A stretch of 64,000 nt of DNA from an uncultured Planctomycetota bacterium (lineage in GTDB: Bacteria > Planctomycetota > Planctomycetia > Isosphaerales > Isosphaeraceae). A program made the translations under genes and the position numbers. Location of the stretch: contig CAWJTV010000002.1 of assembly GCA_963845755.1 (NCBI GenBank), positions 1 to 64,000 on the forward strand, read 5' to 3'. Of this stretch, positions 22,242-31,487 are shown piece by piece (position 1 is the stretch's first letter; each line of letters starts with the position of its first letter). The notes beneath the pieces are model-generated. The model was not told the DNA's origin, did not search any database, and saw only the letters and a list, made by a program, of their open reading frames with translations.

Positions 22242-23864
22242 ATGAGCGAGTTCTTCAATCCATCCCGCGATCAAAAGGCCGTGGCGGCTTATTTCCTGGG
22301 ATACCGGAGTCGTACACTATGGATATGGCATGAATTATTCTGGACTGGTTACTTCATTGATGTAAAGACCATCGACTGTGACTCCGGACTCGAGGACGGT
22401 CCATGGCTCGCGGCTGAGGAGATCGATCGGGCGCGGATCGTCTGTGGGAATGCCATAGCTCCGCACAATTACGTCGACATCCTAGACATTCTTCATTCGT
22501 TTCAACTTCTTCCGGAGAGCACGATCGAATCCTGGTGGAAGATGGATCCGAGTCAGCAAAGACTCCTCTCACAGTCAGATCCCCCGTACAAAGAGAAGTG
22601 GGAGAGGCTTCAAAATCTAGTCGAAACAGCGTTCGAATCCGAGAACATACTCACTCGCTATTGTCGGGTCGGCCTGGCTATTGGCGATTACGAGCTGGCC
22701 ATGGAAAGAATTCCGGACTTACCTAAATCCATTGATCAAAATACTAACATGCCATGCTTGGCGGAGGCCGCGAAGGGGCTTCCGGCCGACGTGCTTCGAG
22801 ACATGCCATTGCTTAGTAGGATCGTCGAACTGGAGCCGGTTTGGATCGCGGAGGGGCCGCAGACCTTCTTCGTTGCACTATTCAATGAACTAGACAACAT
22901 CAGGGGAGAGGTTCCGCGAGGGCTGGAACGATTCCCCCTCCAGTTCACTCTCTTACAGGCTCTCCAAGCAGAGATCTGTTCTGTCCTTGCAGGCACGCAT
23001 GTGGAAGAGAATGGGGGAATGCCTCCGAAACAGAGACCGCCCACAGGACCCACCGGCAAAAGAGAGGCATCGACGAATCCCGAGGATTATGAATTCGCAT
23101 TTTGCCTTCATCAGGACCAGTGGCTTGTCGTCTATAGCTCTTCCGCGGGCAAGGAAAAAGGTCATTTCCCTATCAGAAAATCGTTTAATGGATTCGCAAT
23201 CATTAATTTCTTAATTAAAAATCAAGGGCAAGAGCAAGGGTTCTCTCCTGGGGAGATTGTCGAGGCCCTCGATCCGGGTCCCGATAGCTCGACAAGGCGA
23301 CGGAACGAAATGATCGCAAGCGAAATCGGAGGCAAGCGCCGAGACTGGTCGAAATTGAAGGTATTTGATCGCACAGGAATTCGTAATATAATCAACGCGC
23401 TGCGACAACTCCAGGAGGGATATCGGGAATATCTACAAAACCCGTCAGAGAACACGGCGATCGACCATGAGAAAGACTGCATAGAGTTACTTCAATGTAT
23501 TCGAGGATCCTTGACGTATGGGACTCATACAAAGGTAGCCATTATCGATGAACTGCTACAATCGCCACTGTTAGAGGCGGATTTCTCGCGTCTGAACGAG
23601 ATCGGTCCCGATGATCTCAAAGATCTCAACGAGGGGAAGAATCCTGTGGGGTCGGTGAGGAGCAGGGTGGGAAAAGCGATCACGGACGCGATCGATCGCA
23701 TCGCTAAGAAAAGCATGCGCGAGACAGCGAAATATTTGGAATCTACAATTGTGAATCCAAACGGATCTTCTGGCGTTTCCTATGTTCCAGTTGGAAACGC
23801 CCCTCCGAAGTGGGTACTCGATCTTAAGGTCTCCGGGGGATCGGAGGACGTGCAACAAGTGTAA
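22242..23864 (+). CDS. Low-GC hypothetical protein with a putative C-terminal DNA-binding region
   Basis: 540-aa uninterrupted ORF, AT-richer than its flanks; C-terminal SVRSRVGKAITDAIDRI..YLESTI. Confidence 0.7.
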   Translation: MSEFFNPSRDQKAVAAYFLGYRSRTLWIWHELFWTGYFIDVKTIDCDSGLEDGPWLAAEEIDRARIVCGNAIAPHNYVDILDILHSFQLLPESTIESWWKMDPSQQRLLSQSDPPYKEKWERLQNLVETAFESENILTRYCRVGLAIGDYELAMERIPDLPKSIDQNTNMPCLAEAAKGLPADVLRDMPLLSRIVELEPVWIAEGPQTFFVALFNELDNIRGEVPRGLERFPLQFTLLQALQAEICSVLAGTHVEENGGMPPKQRPPTGPTGKREASTNPEDYEFAFCLHQDQWLVVYSSSAGKEKGHFPIRKSFNGFAIINFLIKNQGQEQGFSPGEIVEALDPGPDSSTRRRNEMIASEIGGKRRDWSKLKVFDRTGIRNIINALRQLQEGYREYLQNPSENTAIDHEKDCIELLQCIRGSLTYGTHTKVAIIDELLQSPLLEADFSRLNEIGPDDLKDLNEGKNPVGSVRSRVGKAITDAIDRIAKKSMRETAKYLESTIVNPNGSSGVSYVPVGNAPPKWVLDLKVSGGSEDVQQV

Positions 23865-24837
23865 CGGGGGCCAAGCGCTCTCCCGAGACATTTTGACGTC
23901 CGCAGGAGTGAGCATCTTTCCTTGCAATCGAGAGGGTGGACACAGCACCCCCATATCGCACGCGGAGTCACCCTAGGTCGCCCTAACTGAACGGACGCGC
24001 AAGTCCCTGTCTGCGCGGACGTCCGTGTGGTTCTGTGGCATTCGCGGTGTGCGAGCTCACGCCGCGGCATAGATCACATCCGGTATCGCCACGACATACC
24101 CCCACGACGTCTTCGCTCCCCCGAACCGGCGCGGATTCGCCCGACCTATCATCATGTTGTCTCCCTGACCCTCGGTAACGTCGCCCATACCGTCGCCGTC
24201 CCCCCCTTGTCGCAGCCGGCGCGAGCCGGGCCGCCTTGGAAGGTTCCACATCTCCGCCAAACTCCGTTACACCAAGACGCTATCAAGGAAGGTAACAAAG
24301 CTACCCAGAATGTCGCACCGTGCTTGAGAGGAAGATCGTGGCGACGGGGGCCATCGAAAACTGGGACTGGACTAAAGCGGGTAGTACGAGCCTCACGAAC
24401 AGGATTTCGGCAATTACCCGGCCAAATCATCGAGGGTAGCAAAGTGAGCCGAGAAGTTGCGCCTATTCCATAGACGGAGGTCGCGGCGATGGCCGCCGCC
24501 GCGAAGCAGGGCAAGTCAACGATCCGCAAGAGAGAGAGTTTTCGATTGCAGAGTTCCGTGGCGAGTCGTCCAGTTAATGGTGGAGGCGATGACGGTCACC
24601 GCCACGGGAAGCACCAACTGAACCTTCGGGAATATCCTCGCCACACCTTGCAGGAACTTTGCAATGAGATGTCGATCAGCAATGTGGCGATGGTGACGTC
24701 CACAACCTCGAGGGAGGGTAAATGATCCAGCAGCTCCCATCGCCATCTCCCGAAAAAAAATTTTCCGAGGGAATTTCGGCTCTGGGATGTCGATTCGTAG
24801 GGGCGATGATGACGGCCGCAACCATGAAGGAGGGGAT

Positions 24838-25068
24838 ATGAGCCAACAGCTCACAGTGACTGATGCCGCAGACGAACTCTCGGCCCAGGCCGGCGAGATG
24901 ATCCGGCCTCGCGACATCAGTGACCTTCTCTACAAGAGGATCCTGGACGTCAATCGATGCCCGATTGTCGGGGATCGCCGCATGATTCCGCGCGACTACC
25001 TGCCCACGGTGCTGGAGGTCCTCCGGATGCGCGGGCTGATCACCCCCGGCGAGGAGGAGCCCAGTTGA
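24838..25068 (+). CDS. Small HTH protein (excisionase/regulator-like)
   Basis: AGGAGG RBS; LTVTDAADEL...RPRDISDLLY...GDRRMIPRDYL. Confidence 0.7.
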   Translation: MSQQLTVTDAADELSAQAGEMIRPRDISDLLYKRILDVNRCPIVGDRRMIPRDYLPTVLEVLRMRGLITPGEEEPS

Positions 25069-25367
25069 TTGATCCATTACTCGAAGAGCTGATTACGCCC
25101 AAGGAGGCGACGCGGTACTACCCGCGGAACTCGAAGGGGAGGAAGGTCCACGTGGCAAAAGTTTATCGCGACATGCAAGTCGGCCAGCGAGGGCTGAAAC
25201 TTGAGTCGCTCCGTACGCCCCGTCTCGCGACCTCGAGACAAGCGATTGCGAGATTCTTCTCGCGCCTCAGCCTCGGGGCCGCACAGGAGTCGCCGACGTT
25301 GACCGAACGGGCTCGGTCTCGAAATGAAGAGACGATCGAGCGCGAACTCGATCGTCTCGGGATCTGA
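25065..25367 (+). CDS. DUF1580-like winged-HTH protein (excisionase-like)
   Basis: TTG start overlapping upstream stop; EELITPKEA, GRKVHVAKVYR, GLKLES, TSRQAIARF. Confidence 0.78.
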   Translation: MIDPLLEELITPKEATRYYPRNSKGRKVHVAKVYRDMQVGQRGLKLESLRTPRLATSRQAIARFFSRLSLGAAQESPTLTERARSRNEETIERELDRLGI

Positions 25368-25414
25368 TGTCAAGACGGTCGCCACCCCGCGAAGAGTGAA
25401 CCGACCAACCTAAC

Positions 25415-25684
25415 ATGGAGATCAACGACTTGAACAGTCCAATTGTACACATGCAGGTCAACTCTGACAAGGTCCTCCGCATCCAGATCATGTCGCTACT
25501 TCGTCGGACCGGAACCATCGTCCGGGCCTGGCACGACGCAAGGACGTCGTCGGCTGAAGACGAGGACGACCTCCACGATACTCCCCACGTCGACAATCCA
25601 TTGCTCGACATCATGACCCCCGCCCAGGTCAGCTCCTGGTACCGCAGCCAGATGAGCGTCTTCGAGCCGAGGGCGGCAGGTTGA
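25415..25684 (+). CDS. Hypothetical protein
   Basis: 89-aa ORF in the co-oriented early gene cluster. Confidence 0.45.
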   Translation: MEINDLNSPIVHMQVNSDKVLRIQIMSLLRRTGTIVRAWHDARTSSAEDEDDLHDTPHVDNPLLDIMTPAQVSSWYRSQMSVFEPRAAG

Positions 25685-25873
25685 GTCACCGCAATTGGTC
25701 CGATCATGGGCTGCCGGGACGGCCCCTGGGCAGGTTCCGGCAGCTCGTTGTAAATGTGTCGCCTGACAGACCGCATGGCCGTTGCATTCGCTTTCGGGTG
25801 GGGCGATCTCAATGCCTACCTTGGGCAAGATCACGACGTTCGACCATCAAGACGGAGCATCAAGGAGCATACC

Positions 25874-26719
25874 ATGACGCGGCCGCTCATTTGTCGGGAT
25901 CGTCTGACGCCGGCTGAACAGCGCGAGCTCGAGCGTTGCGCGCACTGGGGCATCAGCCTCCAGACGCTCGACGAGGACAGCAGAGACATGGTCAACGGCG
26001 TCGAGATCCCGATCCTCGGTCAGGATGTGGAGCTCGCGCTGGAGTATTCGATCAGAGCAGCCAGCCGGATGCTCGAGCATCCCGATCCCGCCCAGCGATG
26101 GCAACACGACGTAGCCTTTTTCGCTGTCGGCCGGCTGCTTGCCATCGTCCGCATCGGTCCCGACGGCCCAGTCGTGACGAGGTTCGACCCGATCACCCTG
26201 CCATCGATCGTGACCGGCATCCCGGGATCGCGACGAGGCCGAAGGCCCTGCATCTACTGGGTTGACGGATCACTCGAGGCGACCAGTTACGGCGTGGGTA
26301 CACCGATCGCCGGCCGGGATCCGGCCATCCTGATCGATGAGCTGGTCGGGGCAATGTGCGAGAAGTTGCGTCATCCTGACGCGGACCATAGACAGACCGA
26401 GGACGTGATAATCACGCATCGTGGACAGATCCTCGCGGCGATCCGGTCGACGGCCTCGGGCCCCGTCGTCACGCGGTTCGATCAGACCGACTCGTCGGCC
26501 GGCAGCCTGGCCGATCCGCCAGATGGCCCCGAACCGTCCACTGTCCCCTTTGGTGCCGGCGGCCAGGACCGGATGCGCCGGTCCACCGTCGGACGATCCC
26601 CACCTTCCGACGATGAGGAACAGCGCATTGAACCCAACACCATTACGCGCCACCGGGCCGGAAGCTCGGCCTCGCGGACATCGAAACCGCCGGTAGTGGA
26701 CTGCCCTCCCGTCTCGTGA
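25874..26719 (+). CDS. Hypothetical protein with an internally duplicated domain (3' end uncertain)
   Basis: AAGGAG RBS; HPD..GRLLAIVRIGPDGPVVTRFD and HPD..GQILAAIRSTASGPVVTRFD. Confidence 0.6.
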   Translation: MTRPLICRDRLTPAEQRELERCAHWGISLQTLDEDSRDMVNGVEIPILGQDVELALEYSIRAASRMLEHPDPAQRWQHDVAFFAVGRLLAIVRIGPDGPVVTRFDPITLPSIVTGIPGSRRGRRPCIYWVDGSLEATSYGVGTPIAGRDPAILIDELVGAMCEKLRHPDADHRQTEDVIITHRGQILAAIRSTASGPVVTRFDQTDSSAGSLADPPDGPEPSTVPFGAGGQDRMRRSTVGRSPPSDDEEQRIEPNTITRHRAGSSASRTSKPPVVDCPPVS

Positions 26720-27525
26720 TCTTCGGGACGGAAGGCATCGGCAAATCTAGTTTCGGGGCCGCGGCCCCGAAACCCGTCTTTCTGATGACTCAGAACGAGA
26801 CGGGGCTCTTGACGCTACTGGACGCCGGCCGCATCCCGCCGACGCCCCATTTTCCGGAGGTCACGACATGGTCCGAGTTGCTCGACGCCATCGCCGTGCT
26901 GAACGACCAGACGCACGACTACCGGACGCTGGTCATCGACACCGTGAACGGGGCCGAGCGACTCTGTCATCAGCATGTCTGCAGGCGAGACTACGGAGGT
27001 CGCTGGGGTCGGGATGGATTCACGTCGTTCAACCAGGGCTACGACGTGGCCCTGGCGGACTGGCAGGAGTTCCTCCATCGAGTCGATCGTCTGAGGGCCG
27101 TCAAGCGGATGGGCATCATCACGCTGGCCCACAGCCGGATCGCGACGTACCGGAACCCCGAGGGTGCCGACTACGACCGGTTCGTGCCCGACCTCCATGC
27201 CAAGACCTGGGCGCTGACACACAAGTGGGCCGACGCCGTCCTTTTTCTTAACTACGAGACCTTCGTCGACTCCGACCGCGCCGACCTCAAGGGCAAGGGC
27301 AAGGGCGGGAGCCGACGCAAGATCTACACGCAGCGGACCGCGGCGTTCGACGCGAAGAATCGCCATGGTCTGCCCGCAGAAATCGACGGCGGCCGCAGTG
27401 CCGCCGAGGCCTGGCTCCACCTGGCCACCGCGATGAAAACGGCCAAAATGGCCACCCCGACAACCTCCGATTCCGCGACCGTCGCGGACGTCCTCATCAA
27501 CGACTCGAACCCTGTTACGGAGTGA
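26716..27525 (+). CDS. AAA_24 / Sak4-like phage recombination ATPase (true start probably ~90 bp upstream)
   Basis: IFGTEGIGKSS, YRTLVIDT, ITLAH, NPEGADYDRF, WADAVLF, AFDAKNRHGLP. Confidence 0.85.
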   Translation: MIFGTEGIGKSSFGAAAPKPVFLMTQNETGLLTLLDAGRIPPTPHFPEVTTWSELLDAIAVLNDQTHDYRTLVIDTVNGAERLCHQHVCRRDYGGRWGRDGFTSFNQGYDVALADWQEFLHRVDRLRAVKRMGIITLAHSRIATYRNPEGADYDRFVPDLHAKTWALTHKWADAVLFLNYETFVDSDRADLKGKGKGGSRRKIYTQRTAAFDAKNRHGLPAEIDGGRSAAEAWLHLATAMKTAKMATPTTSDSATVADVLINDSNPVTE

Positions 27526-27533
27526 TCCCTTCC

Positions 27534-28043
27534 ATGTCGATCGACCCTGGCAAGTACCGCGGCCGAATCCGCGACTACGGCGTGGAGCAGTCCCAGGCCG
27601 GCCAGCAGCATCCGACGGTGTTCCTCAACTTCGAGATCGTCGGTCAATACGACCCGACGACCGGCGAACTCCTGTCCTGTCCGACGGCCAGCCGAACCTA
27701 TCGCAAGGCGATCACGCCGAAGACGATCGGCTGGCTGCTCGCCGACCTCAAGGCGATCGGCTACGACAAGCCGGGCCTGGAGTACCTCGATCCCGAGACT
27801 CCTGGTGCCATCGACCTCTTCGACCACGAAATCGATGTAGTCTGCGAGCACGATACCTACGAGGGCCAGACTCGCGAGCGGTGGTCGATCCATCGCGAGC
27901 GCACCCGCGAGCGGGTCCGCCGCGACGTCCTGGCCAGCCTGGACGCCCAGTACAGCGACCAGATCCGGCGAGTCCTGGGCGCCGACGCGGGTGATGTGAA
28001 CCCGCCGCCGGTCGCTGAGATCAACAACGACAATCCCATCTGA
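27534..28043 (+). CDS. Putative single-stranded DNA-binding protein (DUF669-like OB fold)
   Basis: PGKYRGRI start, VCEHDTYEG, acidic C-terminal tail NNDNPI; follows the Sak4-like gene. Confidence 0.6.
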   Translation: MSIDPGKYRGRIRDYGVEQSQAGQQHPTVFLNFEIVGQYDPTTGELLSCPTASRTYRKAITPKTIGWLLADLKAIGYDKPGLEYLDPETPGAIDLFDHEIDVVCEHDTYEGQTRERWSIHRERTRERVRRDVLASLDAQYSDQIRRVLGADAGDVNPPPVAEINNDNPI

Positions 28044-28120
28044 TCCTACTCATCGATGCAGATAGGTAATGCCAGGCCGGGCGACTCGTCCGGCCTGGCA
28101 TCACTTGTCTGCACAACTCC

Positions 28121-30801
28121 TTGGAGCATTCTCCCTTGAGACGCCCAGCAAAGTACGTGACGCTCGTCAACAAGTTGAAGGAGCGTGACGAGGTTCGGTG
28201 GACCGGTAAAGAGTGGCGAACTCGCTGCCCAGCCCATGACGATTACGGACCGAGCCTTTGCGTCAAGCTCTTGCCCGACGACTCCAATACGCTGATCCAC
28301 TGCAGCGCCGGCTGCAAGACTGAGTCCATCGTCGCCGAGGTCGGCCTGACGATGGCCTGCCTCTTCCATGACGACGACGAGCTCGTTGAGGTCGATGAGG
28401 ACTTCGAGATCGTCAACCAGGCGCCGCGAGCCCCCAGAACCGTCGAACCGCCTCCGGAGACCAAATCTCGGGGCGACGGGCCCGACCGCGTTACGGAGCT
28501 CGCCAAGCCGGCGGATGCCGACCTGTGCGACCAGGTCTATGGCAAGCTGCTGGCTGGCCTGAGCCTCGCCGATGCCCATCGCCAGGATCTCCAGCGGCGT
28601 GGGCTGAGCGACGAACAGATCGGCCGCCGCTGCTATCGAAGCCTCGGAAAGTACGAGATCCGCCAGGCCATGGGCCGGCTCAAGCAGGAGCTCGATAACG
28701 CGAGCCTGGAGCGCGTGCCTGGGGTCCGGATCCGCAACGGTCGATTGCAGTTCTCCGACCGCGAGGGCCTGCTGGTGCCGGTCCGCGATGCCCAGAACCG
28801 GATCGTCGCCCTGAAGCTCCGCGCCGACGAGTCGAGCGGCGGGGCCAAGTACACCTGGATCTCCAGCTCCGATCAGGGCGGCCCCTCGCCCGGCTCGCCG
28901 CCGCACGTCCCGCTCGGCATGCCGGCCCGCGCCGAGGTCGTCCGGGTGACCGAGGGCGAGCTGAAGGCCGACATCGCCTTCGCGCGCTCGGGCATGCCGA
29001 CGATCGGCGTCCCGGGCGTCGATCAGTGGAAGTCGTGTCTCCCGATCCTCGAGGCCATGGGCGCGAGGATCGTCCACGTCGCGTTCGACATGGACGCCCA
29101 GACCAAGCCGGGCGTGGCGGCGGCCCTCGCCGCGTGCGTGAGGGAGCTGATCCGTCTGAAGTACGAGGTCCGCCTCGAGACCTGGGAACAGGGAGATGGC
29201 AAGGGGATCGACGACCTGCTCGCCGCCGGCAAGCAGCCCGCGATCGTGACCGGCCAGGAGGTCCTCGCCAGGATCGAGGAGATCGGCACCTCGGCCGCGG
29301 GCCAGCCCGACGACGATGCCGACGACGGGTGGTTTCCTCAGGATCCCGCCGACGAGGTCGCCCCCTTCCCGGTTGATTGCCTGCCGGCCCCCCTTCGCCA
29401 GTTCGCTACCGAGGCGGCCCGGGCTCTGCAATGTCCGGTCAACTTCCTCGGCGTGACCATGCTGGCCGTGGCATCGGCGGCCATCGGCAACACCAGGCGG
29501 CTCAGGATTCGACGCGGCTACGAGGAGGGCGCGCGAATCTACGCCGCCATCGTGGCGGCGGCCGGCTCGGTCAAGTCGCCGGCCCTGCGCCTGGTCTGTG
29601 ACCCGGTCTACGAGCAGCAGAGGCGCCTGATGGCGGGCTACCACGAGGCTCGTCTGCGGTACGTGGCCGACATGGAGGGGTTCGAGCACCGGCGGCGTCT
29701 TGCGTTGAAAACCAAGGACCCGTTGCCGCCGGGATTCGAAAGGCCGACCAAGCCGGTAATGGGCCACGTGTACGTCGAGAATGCGACCGTCGAATCGCTG
29801 GCCCAGGTCCTGTCCCAGGCTCCGCGGGTGTCCTGATGATCCGCGACGAGCTGACCGGCTGGGTGCTGTCGCTCAACCAGTACCGGTCCGGGCGAGGGGC
29901 GGACCGGCAAGTCTTCCTCTCGTTCTGGTCGGGCGAGCCGACGAAGATCGACCGCAAGGGCGAGCTCGACGAGCCGCTGATCGTCACCGACCCGTTCGTC
30001 TCCGTCATCGGCTGCATCCCCCCGGCCAAGCTCGCCGCCCTCGACGACGGCAATGACGGCGAGGACGGCTTCATGCATCGGATCCTCTCCTCGTTTCCCC
30101 GGCCGGTCAGGGGACGCTACTGGACCTGGGAGGGGATCAGGCCCGAGACCCGCAAGCTCTGGAGCAACGCCGTCGAGGCACTGTACGGCCTGGAGATGGA
30201 TCGGGACGAGATGGACTTCCCGACGTCGCGGATTCTCGACCTGGCGCCCGAGGCCTGCCAGCCATGGGAGGCGTGGTACAACGAACACGTCGCGGAGACC
30301 GAGCAACCCGATTTTCCGGACTACCTCGTCGGCCCGTGGTCCAAGCTCGTGGCCTATGCGGCGCGTCTGGCCCTGATCGTCCACCTGCTGCGGGCCGCCT
30401 GCGGGGAGCGGCTCCGCGATGAGGTGGACACCGAGAGCCTCGATCGGGCCTTCCGGCTCATCGCCTACTTCAAGTCCCACGCCCGGGCCGTCTACGCCCA
30501 CCTGCGGCTCCCGAAGAAGCTGGGCCCGATCCAGAAGGTGATCTCCTGGATCCGCGGGCACAACAAGACCGAGTTCCACACGAGCGAACTGGCCCGCAGC
30601 CAGGTGGCCGGCATCCGGAGCCGGAGCGAGGCCGAGGCGATCATGAAGGAGCTGGCCGACCTGGGCTATGGCCGGCTGGAGGAACGCCGAGCGAAGAACA
30701 ACCGGAAGGTGACCTGGTTCGTCACCCGGCCGGTCCAGTTGGGTCGAGTTGGGTCCAGTTGGGCAGAGCCACCCAACTCGCCGAATTCCGCAAGTGCCTG
30801 A
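28121..30801 (+). CDS. Primase-helicase-like replication protein: zinc finger + TOPRIM (DUF3854-like) + DUF3987/YfjI domain (frameshift near 29830)
   Basis: CPAHDD..HCSAGC; VTEGELKAD, VAFDMD, GKGIDDLL; PFPVDCLP, AAGSVKSPA, ENATVESL, IRDELTGW, DGFMHRI. Confidence 0.85.
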
Positions 30802-31382
30802 ATTCCAATGGTTTAGAATTGACACCTCGGTCCAGTTGGGAAATTGGGTCGCTCCAGAAGGAAAGGAAGATGGGGAGCTACCGGGACGGCCTTACCGGCC
30901 CCCTCCTGGGTATGAAGGGTATATACCTGGGGAATAAGGTATATATAAGGGGTTTTGAGATAATATAAAGTATTATTTATATTATAAATAATATAATATA
31001 CTATCTCTACCAGATTACACCCCTGCAGGCGGTCTACAAGTAGGGAACGAACTGCACGCTTTTTCCCTGCAATCGCCCAATTTCCCAACTGGACAAGGAG
31101 ACAAGACGCAAGTCATTGAATTTATTGGACTTACGTAGTTCACTCCAGTTGGGTAGGCAGCCCAACTGGACCCAACTTGCCCGATTGGCGCCCGGAACCG
31201 CCGACCAGGGCGGACGATGCCTGGTTACCCCCTGCAGGCGGCGTACCGCCCCGGAACTGGACTCTTTTCCCCCTGGAATTACCCAATTTCCCAACTGGAC
31301 ACGGATTTACTGTGTAAACCATTGGCTCAATTGTAGTTGCGGGAATCGGTCCGGTTGGGTGGGTAGCCCAACTGGACCCGAT
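30732..31382. repeat. Putative replication origin: three ~110-bp CCAACTGGAC-rich units around an AT-rich core
   Basis: Unit at 30732-30849 inverted relative to units at 31076-31185 and 31281-31382; very AT-rich tract ~30920-31015. Confidence 0.8.
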
Positions 31383-31487
31383 TCGCCTGACTGGCAACCG
31401 GGACCGGCGACCGGGTCGGACGTGGCCTGTGGTCCTGGCCGCGGGCGAGATCTATCCTGTCCCATATCATTCGACGAGGAAGCTATC

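Noticed and set aside
24030..24780. GTCGC-rich non-coding stretch as a second origin or ncRNA
   Set aside because: Copies are only 5-6 bp in GC-rich DNA with irregular spacing, and I could not support a stable structure by eye.
28046..29767. Long antisense ORFs (also 3837-5249, 42857-44632, 57255-58712, 1246-2268)
   Set aside because: Shadow frames of GC-rich genes on the opposite strand with no motifs of their own.
30732..31382. CRISPR array
   Set aside because: Repeats are in mixed orientation, the spacers are related to each other, and no cas genes are present; it fits an origin.
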